From: a virus
Lineage: Duplodnaviria > Caudoviricetes
IMG/VR virus record: IMGVR_UViG_3300005805_000421
Coordinates: 1-25,996 of that record
Strand: one strand, 5' to 3'
Length of the DNA: 25,996 bases
Shown here piece by piece: positions 7,716 through 15,264 of the stretch. Position numbers and translations under genes: made by a program. The stretch's first letter is position 1, and each line of letters starts with the position of its first letter. Below the pieces are notes generated by a model. It did not search any database, was not told where the DNA came from, and saw nothing but the letters and a program-made list of their open reading frames with translations.

Positions 7716-7868
7716 ATGAGCGAATTAGAGAAAAAACGTATGGCGGCGTATATCGCTGACTACATCACCGACGAGATCATTCGCGGAAACATTGACATTA
7801 CTAAGTGGATGGTTTTCGACGCGATTGAGGCTTACGAGGGCGGTGCAGAGGAGCGAGAAGTGCCATGA
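7716..7868 (+). CDS. Hypothetical protein (50 aa), MSELEKKRMAAYIADYITDEII...EREVP
   Basis: Read manually. AGGA SD, fills the gap, ATGA overlap with the next gene. Confidence 0.7.
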   Translation: MSELEKKRMAAYIADYITDEIIRGNIDITKWMVFDAIEAYEGGAEEREVP

Positions 7869-8122
7869 ACACCATTCCTCACGATCAAGTAGTCCCACAT
7901 TGGGAGAAGCAAGCCGCTTTGGTACTGGTGGGCCGCAAGATCAAAGCCGTCCGATATTTGCACTCAAGCGAAGCGGAGCATCTGGGTTGGTACGGCAGAA
8001 GCGTAGTAATCGAACTCGACAACGGCGTACTGGTATGGCCCTCTGCGGATGACGAGGGCAACGATGCCGGTGCGTTATTCACAACTGATAAGCGGGTAAG
8101 CACTTTGCCCGTCATTTCGTAG
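7865..8122 (+). CDS. Conserved phage hypothetical protein
   Basis: LVGRKIKAVRY...IELDNG...PSADDEGNDAGAL; coupled start. Confidence 0.8.
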   Translation: MNTIPHDQVVPHWEKQAALVLVGRKIKAVRYLHSSEAEHLGWYGRSVVIELDNGVLVWPSADDEGNDAGALFTTDKRVSTLPVIS

Positions 8123-8133
8123 GAGATAGCAAG

Positions 8134-8319
8134 ATGACACGCGAACAAATGATCGACGAACTGGTACAGGCCCACTTAAACGACATTTTCGAGGCCGGTG
8201 CGGAACAATGGATTATTTACCGGCTACGGAACGGGATGCATTGGCCCGCTTACGGCGAACTCACCGACAAACAGTTAGCCCATCAATACCGCGACCGCTT
8301 TGCTGAGGAGGCCGTATGA
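8134..8319 (+). CDS. Small helical protein, paralogue family member 1
   Basis: TAGGAG SD; MTREQMIDELV...YGELTDKQLAHQY. Confidence 0.78.
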   Translation: MTREQMIDELVQAHLNDIFEAGAEQWIIYRLRNGMHWPAYGELTDKQLAHQYRDRFAEEAV

Positions 8320-8522
8320 CACGCGATGAATTAGTTGATGCGTTAGTTGATGATCTACTGGAAAGCATCCGCGAGGATGCCGCTCACGGTGACTTCAGTA
8401 TGCTTGCTGATTACCTCAGAGAAGGATTCTGCGGTTTTGAGAAATACACCGACGAGCAACTAAAAGAAGAATACGAAGAACGTATGTGGATAAAGGCTTA
8501 CATCAAAGGAGAGGCCGCATGA
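8316..8522 (+). CDS. Small acidic protein, paralogue family member 2
   Basis: MTRDELVDALVDD...EGFCGFEKYTDEQLKEEY; coupled start. Confidence 0.8.
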   Translation: MTRDELVDALVDDLLESIREDAAHGDFSMLADYLREGFCGFEKYTDEQLKEEYEERMWIKAYIKGEAA

Positions 8523-8689
8523 AAGCCTACAACGTGACGATCAGAGCGACTGTAGTTAAAACCTTGCGCGTGGAGGCCGAAGACGAAGATGCCGCCTATG
8601 TATTAGCGCATGAGGATTTTACCGTCGATTTGACTGATGACTTAGAGGACTACGAAGAAGAAACCTTGCGCGTCGAGGAGGCCGCATGA
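8519..8689 (+). CDS. Small acidic protein, DpnD/PcfM-like (56 aa)
   Basis: Start at ATG 8519. MKAYNVTIRATVVKTLRVEAEDEDAA pattern; internal repeat AAACCTTGCGCGT at 8559 and 8661. Confidence 0.7.
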   Translation: MKAYNVTIRATVVKTLRVEAEDEDAAYVLAHEDFTVDLTDDLEDYEEETLRVEEAA

Positions 8690-8862
8690 ACCGCGAAGAC
8701 CTAATAAAAGCACTGACCCGTTACGAGTTGGATTGGTACGTCCACAACTCAGAAGGCTACGAAGATGACACTGCGAAGTTTTTTGCCAAGGGTGGATTTA
8801 ATACCTACACCGATGAGCAACTTTTGTCTCAGTACCGAGAAAGTTTTGAGGAGGCCGCATGA
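8686..8862 (+). CDS. Small acidic protein, paralogue family member 3 (58 aa)
   Basis: Read manually: MNREDLIKALTRYELDWYVHNSEGYEDDTAKFFAKGGFNTYTDEQLLSQYRESFEEAA; ATGA-coupled on both sides. Confidence 0.8.
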   Translation: MNREDLIKALTRYELDWYVHNSEGYEDDTAKFFAKGGFNTYTDEQLLSQYRESFEEAA

Positions 8863-9065
8863 ACGACCTAATTCCCCCGCCAAACTTTGGCAAGCGATCT
8901 GAACCCGTCTGGAAGGTATCGGGCGGGGTAACACTCCCCCTGCCGCAACATCTGGAGGTGTTGGATAACTTCATCTTGTATTACACAAGCAACGAAACAG
9001 AACGCGACCGTCTGCATGAGGCGGCATTGGATTACCTAGAAAACGATCATACGAGCGAGGTGTAA
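8859..9065 (+). CDS. Hypothetical protein
   Basis: Coupled start after a GAGG SD. Confidence 0.72.
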   Translation: MNDLIPPPNFGKRSEPVWKVSGGVTLPLPQHLEVLDNFILYYTSNETERDRLHEAALDYLENDHTSEV

Positions 9066-9066
9066 C

Positions 9067-9462
9067 GTGATTAAGAGCAAATACAGAGTAACGGTCTGCT
9101 TGGAGTTTGACGGGGTAGATGATCCCGATAGCGCAACGGCAACGGAGATTGCAGAGGCAATCACGGCAGAGACGGGCGCGATGGCAGAGAACTTCCAAGC
9201 GACGGCGGTGTGGGTGGATAACGCTTATGTCCTGAAGGAGGACATTCCCGACCCGTTTACGAGCAAGCGGCGCGAGAAGATGATTGGGCGGCTTGTGGAT
9301 GATCGGGTGGATACGATTATGAGCGGCAACGGTATTTCGCTGCTGCGGGACTATATGGAGTTTGGGTTTCAAGGGTTTGGCAACATGAGGATGGAGGACT
9401 TGCAGCGCGAGTTTGAGGAGTGGGAGTTGGAGGAGTCGTTTGCCGCGAGGGATAGCGCATGA
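9067..9462 (+). CDS. Two-domain acidic protein; C-half is paralogue family member 4
   Basis: GAGGT SD; C-half KRREKMIGRLVDD...RDYMEFGFQGFGNMRMEDLQREFEE aligns by eye with 8316-8522. Confidence 0.78.
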   Translation: MIKSKYRVTVCLEFDGVDDPDSATATEIAEAITAETGAMAENFQATAVWVDNAYVLKEDIPDPFTSKRREKMIGRLVDDRVDTIMSGNGISLLRDYMEFGFQGFGNMRMEDLQREFEEWELEESFAARDSA

Positions 9463-10079
9463 CTCCGATTCGCATTAACCGTATGACGTTTTCGCCTGTA
9501 ATTTGGGCGGTGCTATCGAAGGAGATTGCGCCCTACATTTTGCGTAGCGACGAGGAGTTAGTTGCCCAAGCCGACTACAAGACAGGCTCATTGGGCGACG
9601 AGGACTGCGCGGAGTTGCGCGGTATTGTGCGGTACTTCAAGCCCAAGGTGATAGCCGAAGTGGGGACATATATCGGACGCTCGACGAGGGCGATGGCAGA
9701 CGGCATGAGCGGCGGGGTGATCTATACCTGCGATGCCTCAAACGATATTAAGTTGCCCGACCTATACGGAGGGGCGGTTGAGCAGTTTCCGAAGCAAACC
9801 TCGACACAGATGTTTACGACCCTGCTTGAGCGGAGCGTGAAGGTAGACCTGTTTTATATCGACGGGCGGTTGGGCAACGAGGACGCGAATTTGATGGCGA
9901 ACTTGTCCCGCGATGCCGTGATTGTCTTGGACGACTTCGAGGGGGTGGAGAAGGGGGTGGCAAACGCCTCCCTGCTGCTTTCGACTCAATTTGCAGGGCA
10001 TATTCTGGTGTACCCCCGACAGAGCGGAAAGACCGCCCTATTGTTACCTCAGTCGTTGGTGCAATTTGTAGCCCAATAA
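9459..10079 (+). CDS. Class I SAM-dependent methyltransferase (Methyltransf_24-like)
   Basis: KPKVIAEVGTYIGRST (motif I), VDLFYIDG, AVIVLDD. Confidence 0.85.
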   Translation: MTPIRINRMTFSPVIWAVLSKEIAPYILRSDEELVAQADYKTGSLGDEDCAELRGIVRYFKPKVIAEVGTYIGRSTRAMADGMSGGVIYTCDASNDIKLPDLYGGAVEQFPKQTSTQMFTTLLERSVKVDLFYIDGRLGNEDANLMANLSRDAVIVLDDFEGVEKGVANASLLLSTQFAGHILVYPRQSGKTALLLPQSLVQFVAQ

Positions 10080-10096
10080 TTGCGCGCACAAGGGGG

Positions 10097-10139
10097 TTGC
10101 GTCTTATATCGGCGGGGCGTAACCTAAGCAAGCCGTTTG
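10097..10139 (+). promoter_or_regulatory. Sigma70-type promoter TTGCGT-N17-TAACCT with operator-like CAAGCCGTTTG at the start site
   Basis: -35 at 10097-10102, -10 at 10120-10125, operator at 10129-10139. Confidence 0.65.
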
Positions 10140-10168
10140 ACCAATAGTGTTTTGTAGGAGGAACGCAC

Positions 10169-10333
10169 ATGGACAGAGAGCAAGAGTGTCAAGAGTTGGA
10201 TCGTGGTTACCGCGAGTATGCGGAGATAAAGGAGGCTGCGGAGCGAGCGGCGTATGAGCAATCAAAGCAGATGGCGATGCAAGTAGAGTCAACGCTGCGA
10301 ATGTTTAATAACTTTTTATCGAAAGTGCTTTGA
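10169..10333 (+). CDS. Hypothetical protein (54 aa), MDREQECQELDRGY...FLSKVL
   Basis: Read manually. Strong TAGGAGG SD; first gene after the promoter. Confidence 0.75.
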   Translation: MDREQECQELDRGYREYAEIKEAAERAAYEQSKQMAMQVESTLRMFNNFLSKVL

Positions 10334-10572
10334 ACAAAAACTTTAGAGAAATGTGGGGGTTGCCCCCGAAGAAAACGGTGTTGTGTCCCATATGCAACAC
10401 GGAGCATCGTGGGCGGTGTCACTTTATGCGAGTTCGAGCGCACCGCAAGGCGCGTGTAGAGGAGACGCTGCGGTGGATTGAAGCGCGTAAAGAGCGCATG
10501 AAAACATTCCGAATGCAGCGGCTTATTAAGGAGTTGTGCGATGGCATTGAAGAAGGGCGACGTATTTCCTGA
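10330..10572 (+). CDS. Hypothetical basic protein with CxxCxxxHxxxC motif
   Basis: TTGA overlap; CPICNTEHRGRC. Confidence 0.65.
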   Translation: MNKNFREMWGLPPKKTVLCPICNTEHRGRCHFMRVRAHRKARVEETLRWIEARKERMKTFRMQRLIKELCDGIEEGRRIS

Positions 10573-10732
10573 CGAGCGAGTTACAAGGCACGAACGCAAA
10601 CTAACAAGGGTCGAGCAGTTGTTGGGCCAAATACAGGCAAAGCAGCGCGAAATACGCTTACTCGAAATCGAACTTGACAGGACAGATCACAATGAACTGG
10701 CTGAGAAAACTGATTCAAAATTGGAAGAGTGA
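10541..10732 (+). CDS. Hypothetical coiled-coil protein
   Basis: AAGGAG SD before ATG 10541. Confidence 0.65.
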   Translation: MALKKGDVFPDERVTRHERKLTRVEQLLGQIQAKQREIRLLEIELDRTDHNELAEKTDSKLEE

Positions 10733-10823
10733 TATCTACCGCGAATGGCGACAAGTGCCGCCGCCGAACTATCGGTGCTCGCATGGCAAACAAACGAACT
10801 GCAAGTATGGCGATTACTGGTGA
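10692..10823 (+). CDS. Hypothetical peptide (43 aa), MNWLRKLIQNWKSDIYREW...YGDYW
   Basis: Read manually. AGGA SD, fills the gap, amphipathic MNWLRKL start. Confidence 0.55.
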   Translation: MNWLRKLIQNWKSDIYREWRQVPPPNYRCSHGKQTNCKYGDYW

Positions 10824-10829
10824 GGGCTT

Positions 10830-11042
10830 ATGAAATTTGAAATCAATTGTGAATTACTGGAAGAGATCACGGCAGCGGAATTGAAACGCACGCTGAAGTC
10901 TTTGCAACAGGACTACAAAGATCGCAAGGCGGGCAAGAACATTACCATTTTTCATCTTGATAAAGCCAAAGACGTAGCCGAACTGAAGCAGCACATTGAC
11001 GCGTTTAAGTTGGTGGGGAAGTACTATGGGGTGAGGTCGTGA
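10830..11042 (+). CDS. Hypothetical protein
   Basis: GAGG SD; GTGA overlap with the next gene. Confidence 0.75.
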   Translation: MKFEINCELLEEITAAELKRTLKSLQQDYKDRKAGKNITIFHLDKAKDVAELKQHIDAFKLVGKYYGVRS

Positions 11043-11341
11043 CCCGCGACGACATCATCCGACTGGCGCAAGAGGCTGGGTTCAGTTCCAGCGTCACGAA
11101 AGAACAAGAGATATGGGTGACTGATGGTTACGTCATTCAAAACCTTGCACACTTCGCCGCCCTCGTTGCCGCAGTTGAGCGGGAGGCGTGTGCTTTGGTT
11201 GCCGAATCTTATGAGCCAACCTGTGAGTCATGTCCGAGTGGTGTGACTAATGCCATCCGTGCGAGGGGTCATGTTAACGAACCGGCCAAATCATTAACAC
11301 GTTTTAATGACACGTTAAAAGAAAACGGCATTAAGTGGTAG
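11039..11341 (+). CDS. Conserved phage hypothetical protein (MTRDDIIRxAxEAG...FAALVAAxEREACA family)
   Basis: Recognisable recurrent motif of aquatic phages. Confidence 0.8.
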   Translation: MTRDDIIRLAQEAGFSSSVTKEQEIWVTDGYVIQNLAHFAALVAAVEREACALVAESYEPTCESCPSGVTNAIRARGHVNEPAKSLTRFNDTLKENGIKW

Positions 11342-11349
11342 GTAGAATC

Positions 11350-12060
11350 ATGAACGACCTAATGGCCCGAGGGGGCGTGCGCCGCTATCTTGATATTGTG
11401 AAGCCCGAGGAGTATGTGCCGGACACGGGCGAAGTAAACCTTCAAGAGATGACGCTGACGGGCCTGTGCGATCTCTACGGCAGCGATAAGGGCACAATTA
11501 AGCACCGCTACACAGAAGTATATGAGCGACTGCTGGGCCGCTTGATTGCCTCTGAAGGCATGCCGCGAAAGGATTGTAATTTTTACATTGCCGAAGCCGG
11601 CGTAGCCTGTGGCGCTAGTTTGCGCGCATTGGCCAACTACCTGCCAAGCTCCACGATTTACGGCTACGACATTCGCCCAGAGTGCGCGGATCTTTGTAAG
11701 GATTTGAAGAACGTGCATATCGTGGTGGAAGACCCGATCAAGATGCAAGCCCCAGAATTTTGTTTTGACATGTTCATTGACGATGCCTCGCACATTTCAG
11801 AGCAAATTGTGGCGATGTTTGAGAAATGTTGGGACTGGGTGAGACCGGGCGGCTATTACGTTATTGAGGATTTGCGTTGCACGTACAACCTTGAGTACAC
11901 GAAGCAATTTCGTCAGCACTTTGACCCGAAGGCAGTCAACGATCGCAAGACCATTATGGACATGATGGATGCGCTAATGAGGATCGTTGACGCTCGCGGG
12001 CCGATTCTTGAATTTTCGTATTACCCACAAATGTTAGTGATTAAAAAGGATTTAGTATGA
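11350..12060 (+). CDS. Class I SAM-dependent methyltransferase, sugar O-methyltransferase-like (alternative start 11335)
   Basis: YGSDKG...HRYTEVYE, AEAGVACGASLR, IYGYDI, FDMFIDDASH, VRPGGYYVIEDL: motif set shared with MycE/TylE-type sugar O-methyltransferase relatives. Confidence 0.85.
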   Translation: MNDLMARGGVRRYLDIVKPEEYVPDTGEVNLQEMTLTGLCDLYGSDKGTIKHRYTEVYERLLGRLIASEGMPRKDCNFYIAEAGVACGASLRALANYLPSSTIYGYDIRPECADLCKDLKNVHIVVEDPIKMQAPEFCFDMFIDDASHISEQIVAMFEKCWDWVRPGGYYVIEDLRCTYNLEYTKQFRQHFDPKAVNDRKTIMDMMDALMRIVDARGPILEFSYYPQMLVIKKDLV

Positions 12061-12383
12061 CCGACAGCAGTTCAATCAGCAGCGAGGTAGATTTTGATTA
12101 CCTTGCAAATCCGGCAACCGAAACCAAGGAAGAGGTCTGGTGCAAGATTGGCCCAGAAGGGAATTTAGATCACTTTGATTGGGCGTTTGTGGAGAAGACG
12201 GCGCGAGAGTTTGACATGCTGGGGCCGGTAGCCCCGAAGAACAACGCGCAGATCATTTGCAAGTTGGCGGTGTTGATCCGCGAGCAAGCGATTAATGATT
12301 GCGTGAATGCACTGAGCAAGATGGCTGGGCTGTCCCCGACGGCAACGGTTGTGATGTTGAAAGACCCGCTGGAGGAAGAATGA
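12057..12383 (+). CDS. Hypothetical protein
   Basis: AAGGA SD, ATGA-coupled on both sides. Confidence 0.75.
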   Translation: MTDSSSISSEVDFDYLANPATETKEEVWCKIGPEGNLDHFDWAFVEKTAREFDMLGPVAPKNNAQIICKLAVLIREQAINDCVNALSKMAGLSPTATVVMLKDPLEEE

Positions 12384-12562
12384 GCGACTCTAATGAAGAT
12401 AAGGCAGCGTATGGCATGGAGCTACGCGATTACTTCGCAGCAGCAGCGATGCAAGGACAGTTGGCCGGTGAAGTGGGCGGGTCATATCCCAACGTATGGG
12501 AACTGGCTCGCAACAGCTACAAGGTGGCCGACGTTATGTTGAAAGTGAGGACAGAGGAATGA
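12380..12562 (+). CDS. Conserved phage small protein (GMxLRDYFAAxAMQG family, 60 aa)
   Basis: Start at ATG 12380; GMELRDYFAAAAMQG...SYKVADVML. Confidence 0.85.
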   Translation: MSDSNEDKAAYGMELRDYFAAAAMQGQLAGEVGGSYPNVWELARNSYKVADVMLKVRTEE

Positions 12563-13230
12563 GCCGCTTTGTGTTTTTCCATGTCGGCGCTGACATAGCG
12601 TTCCCGAGCAAGATGGTGGCTTCGTTGAAGGCCGTGATGCCGGATGCTCACGTTACGATGTGCACAGACGATGCCACGCCGAAGGTCGAGGGCGTGGATG
12701 ATTACAAGTATTCCAAGGGCGACCCAGCGCAGATGATGTACTGGCGCACGAGAGCATTTGCGGAGGCGAAGATCACGCAGCCGGCGATGTACATTGACAC
12801 CGATATGCTTTTTGTATTGCCGGTTGATCCGGCTGCGGTGTTGGGCGAGCGAGAGATTGTGTTCTGCCGCCGCTCGTTTGACCGGGATGCTGGGTTTAAT
12901 GGCGAGCAGCGAGGCGGTGTATTCAAGAAGTACCACGGCATTCCGCTTGGCACGCTGTACCCGTATTTGGGCTGCGCGACGATTACGAGCAATTACCATG
13001 CGTGGAAGTGCATGACGATTCTGATGGGGTTCATGGATCAGAACTTACGCTCGTGGTATGGCGATCAAGAAGCGCTGAAGGTGTACTCGCGCATGCTGTA
13101 TACGGAGCTTGTGGGCGAGATCGAGGAGAAGGAATATGCGTGCCTCCCAGACCGTCTTGTTGACGGAGATGTTCCCCGAATACTTCATTACAAAGGCCCA
13201 GCCCGCAAAGAGACTTTCCTCAGTGCTTAA
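12559..13230 (+). CDS. GT-A fold glycosyltransferase (223 aa)
   Basis: Start at ATG 12559. YIDTDMLF (DxD), WYGDQEAL and ILHYKG typical of GT8/GT77-like nucleotide-diphospho-sugar transferases. Confidence 0.8.
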   Translation: MSRFVFFHVGADIAFPSKMVASLKAVMPDAHVTMCTDDATPKVEGVDDYKYSKGDPAQMMYWRTRAFAEAKITQPAMYIDTDMLFVLPVDPAAVLGEREIVFCRRSFDRDAGFNGEQRGGVFKKYHGIPLGTLYPYLGCATITSNYHAWKCMTILMGFMDQNLRSWYGDQEALKVYSRMLYTELVGEIEEKEYACLPDRLVDGDVPRILHYKGPARKETFLSA

Positions 13231-13894
13231 AGTATTTATCGGCTACGACAGTCGAGAAGACATTGCATATGAGGTATGTAAGAAGTCGTTGGAGATAACG
13301 AGTTCCATTCCCTTAGACATCGTTCCGATAAAACAGGACGATTTGCGAAAGCAGGGCATCTATTGGCGTGAGATCGATGCGCTCTCTTCGACGGAATTCA
13401 GCTTCACGCGGTTTCTGACTCCATATCTCGCGGGGTATTCCGGCTGGGCCGTGTTTTGCGACTGCGATTTTCTTTTCCGGGGGGACATCGCGGGATTGCT
13501 TGGCTACGCCGACCGGACAAAAGCGTGCATGCTTGTAAAGCACGACTACAGGCCGACCGAAACGGTCAAGATGGATAACAAGGCGCAGCATCAATACCCC
13601 CGCAAAAACTGGTCGAGTTTCATGTTTCTCAATTGCGAGCATGAAGCAGTTAAGCATCTGACACCAGAGGTGGTGAACATTGCTACGGGCATGTATCTTC
13701 ACAGGTTTGAGTGGCTCGATGACTACCTGATTGGCGATCTGCCGATTACCTACAACTACCTTGAGGGGTGGTATACGTCGAAAGACGAGCCAGACCCCAT
13801 TGCGGTGCACTTCACGCGGGGTGGCCCTTGGTTTAAGGACTGGTGCGAAGTGGATTACGGTAAAGAGTGGATGGCAGTGGCGTCGATCATATGA
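13223..13894 (+). CDS. GT-A fold glycosyltransferase, CDI-like (223 aa)
   Basis: Start at GTG 13223. KVFIGYDSRE, STEFSFTRFLTP, FCDCDFL (DxD), YPRKNWSS, HFTRGGPWF. Confidence 0.88.
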   Translation: MLKVFIGYDSREDIAYEVCKKSLEITSSIPLDIVPIKQDDLRKQGIYWREIDALSSTEFSFTRFLTPYLAGYSGWAVFCDCDFLFRGDIAGLLGYADRTKACMLVKHDYRPTETVKMDNKAQHQYPRKNWSSFMFLNCEHEAVKHLTPEVVNIATGMYLHRFEWLDDYLIGDLPITYNYLEGWYTSKDEPDPIAVHFTRGGPWFKDWCEVDYGKEWMAVASII

Positions 13895-15264
13895 TCAAGC
13901 ATCAAAAAGTAATTCAGCAGATTGAAGTTAAGTTTCAAGCCGGCAAGTACGCCGAGGCTATGGACCTGTGCAATTACGCGATTTCGCTGAACCCGAAAGA
14001 CATGGTGGCGTATCGCGCCAAGGCCCGCTTGCTTCAGATAGAGCGCGAGTTTGCTGAGGCAGAGAAGTATTACAACGCTGCTGAGAAGCGCGGCAAGTTG
14101 ACGGCAGATGATCTTGTGAACCGTGGCATCGTGAAGAGCGAGCAGCAGAAGTACGACGCTGCGGTGGAAGACTTTACGGCGGCGCTGAAGCTGAAGCCGG
14201 ACTACTTGCACGCTCACATTCAGCGCGGGGCTGCACATTGGGAGATGCGGCGCTGGGAGCTTGCCAAAGAGGACTTCTTGAAAGCCAACGAACTGGCCCC
14301 GGATGATGCTAATGCGAATTGGATTCTGGGGTTGCTGTCATTGCAGCTGAATGATTTTGAAACAGGCTGGCCGTTGTATGAGAAGCGATGGGACAGTGCG
14401 CGATTCAAGAGTCGCAAGCTCGTGACACAGAAGCCCCAGTGGGCCGTAGGCAGCGAGCACAAGTCGGTGCTGGTGTGGGGTGAGCAGGGCATTGGCGATC
14501 AGATCATTTACGGCTCATTGATCCCGGCGATTCGCAAGCGAGCGGATTACGTGACGGCGATGGTGGACCCGCGATTGATTTCGATTTTTAGCCGCTCGAT
14601 GCCAGATGTGCACTTCATGTCGAGCATTGATCAGGTGAAGTCGGACTTGCATACCGCACAGATTCCCTTCGCCAGCATCGGGCGGTCGTTCATCAATAAG
14701 CTGGAAGACATTGAGTACTATGTGGCCCGCAAGTTTCTGCGAGCGGATGAGAGCCTTGTAGAGAAGTACCGCGAGGAGTTAAAGCTCGACCCCAACAAGC
14801 TCACGGTGGGGCTATCGTGGGTGAGTGCTGCGCCGAAGATTGGCCCGCATAAGAGCATTGATTTAGCACAGCTTCTACCGGTGATGGCGCTAGATGTGAA
14901 CGTGGTGAATTTGCAATACGGCAGCGACAAGCGTGCGGTGGACCACTTCAACGAGAAGTATGGGACGAAGATCCGCACGGCATCGGTGGACCTGTACAAG
15001 GACTTTGAGGGATTAGCGGCGCTCTGCAAGCTGTGTGATGTCATCGTTGCCATCAGTAGCTCGACGGTGCATTTGGCTGGCGCACTGGGCGTGCCGGTGT
15101 TGCTGATGGATGCCAACAAGCTCTGGTACTGGGGCAATACCCGCGAGGGGCGTAGCCTGTGGTATCCAAGCGTACAAATCTTCCCGAGGGACAACATGAT
15201 TTCCCCGTGGGATAACGTCATTGAGAGGGTTACTCAAACCGTGGAGGGCATGTGCCATGATTGA
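13891..15264 (+). CDS. TPR-repeat + GT-B (GT9-like) glycosyltransferase, FlbA/FlmG-like architecture (457 aa)
   Basis: About 4-5 TPRs in the first ~165 aa, then GWPLYEKRW, VWGEQGIGDQI, VGLSW, VNLQYG, DVIVAISSSTVHLAGALGVP, SLWYPS. Confidence 0.85.
   Translation: MIKHQKVIQQIEVKFQAGKYAEAMDLCNYAISLNPKDMVAYRAKARLLQIEREFAEAEKYYNAAEKRGKLTADDLVNRGIVKSEQQKYDAAVEDFTAALKLKPDYLHAHIQRGAAHWEMRRWELAKEDFLKANELAPDDANANWILGLLSLQLNDFETGWPLYEKRWDSARFKSRKLVTQKPQWAVGSEHKSVLVWGEQGIGDQIIYGSLIPAIRKRADYVTAMVDPRLISIFSRSMPDVHFMSSIDQVKSDLHTAQIPFASIGRSFINKLEDIEYYVARKFLRADESLVEKYREELKLDPNKLTVGLSWVSAAPKIGPHKSIDLAQLLPVMALDVNVVNLQYGSDKRAVDHFNEKYGTKIRTASVDLYKDFEGLAALCKLCDVIVAISSSTVHLAGALGVPVLLMDANKLWYWGNTREGRSLWYPSVQIFPRDNMISPWDNVIERVTQTVEGMCHD

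Noticed and set aside
9459-12060. Methyltransferases as DNA (restriction-modification) methylases
   Set aside because: No DPPY/NPPY or PCQ catalytic motifs; the motifs fit small-molecule or sugar O-methyltransferases.
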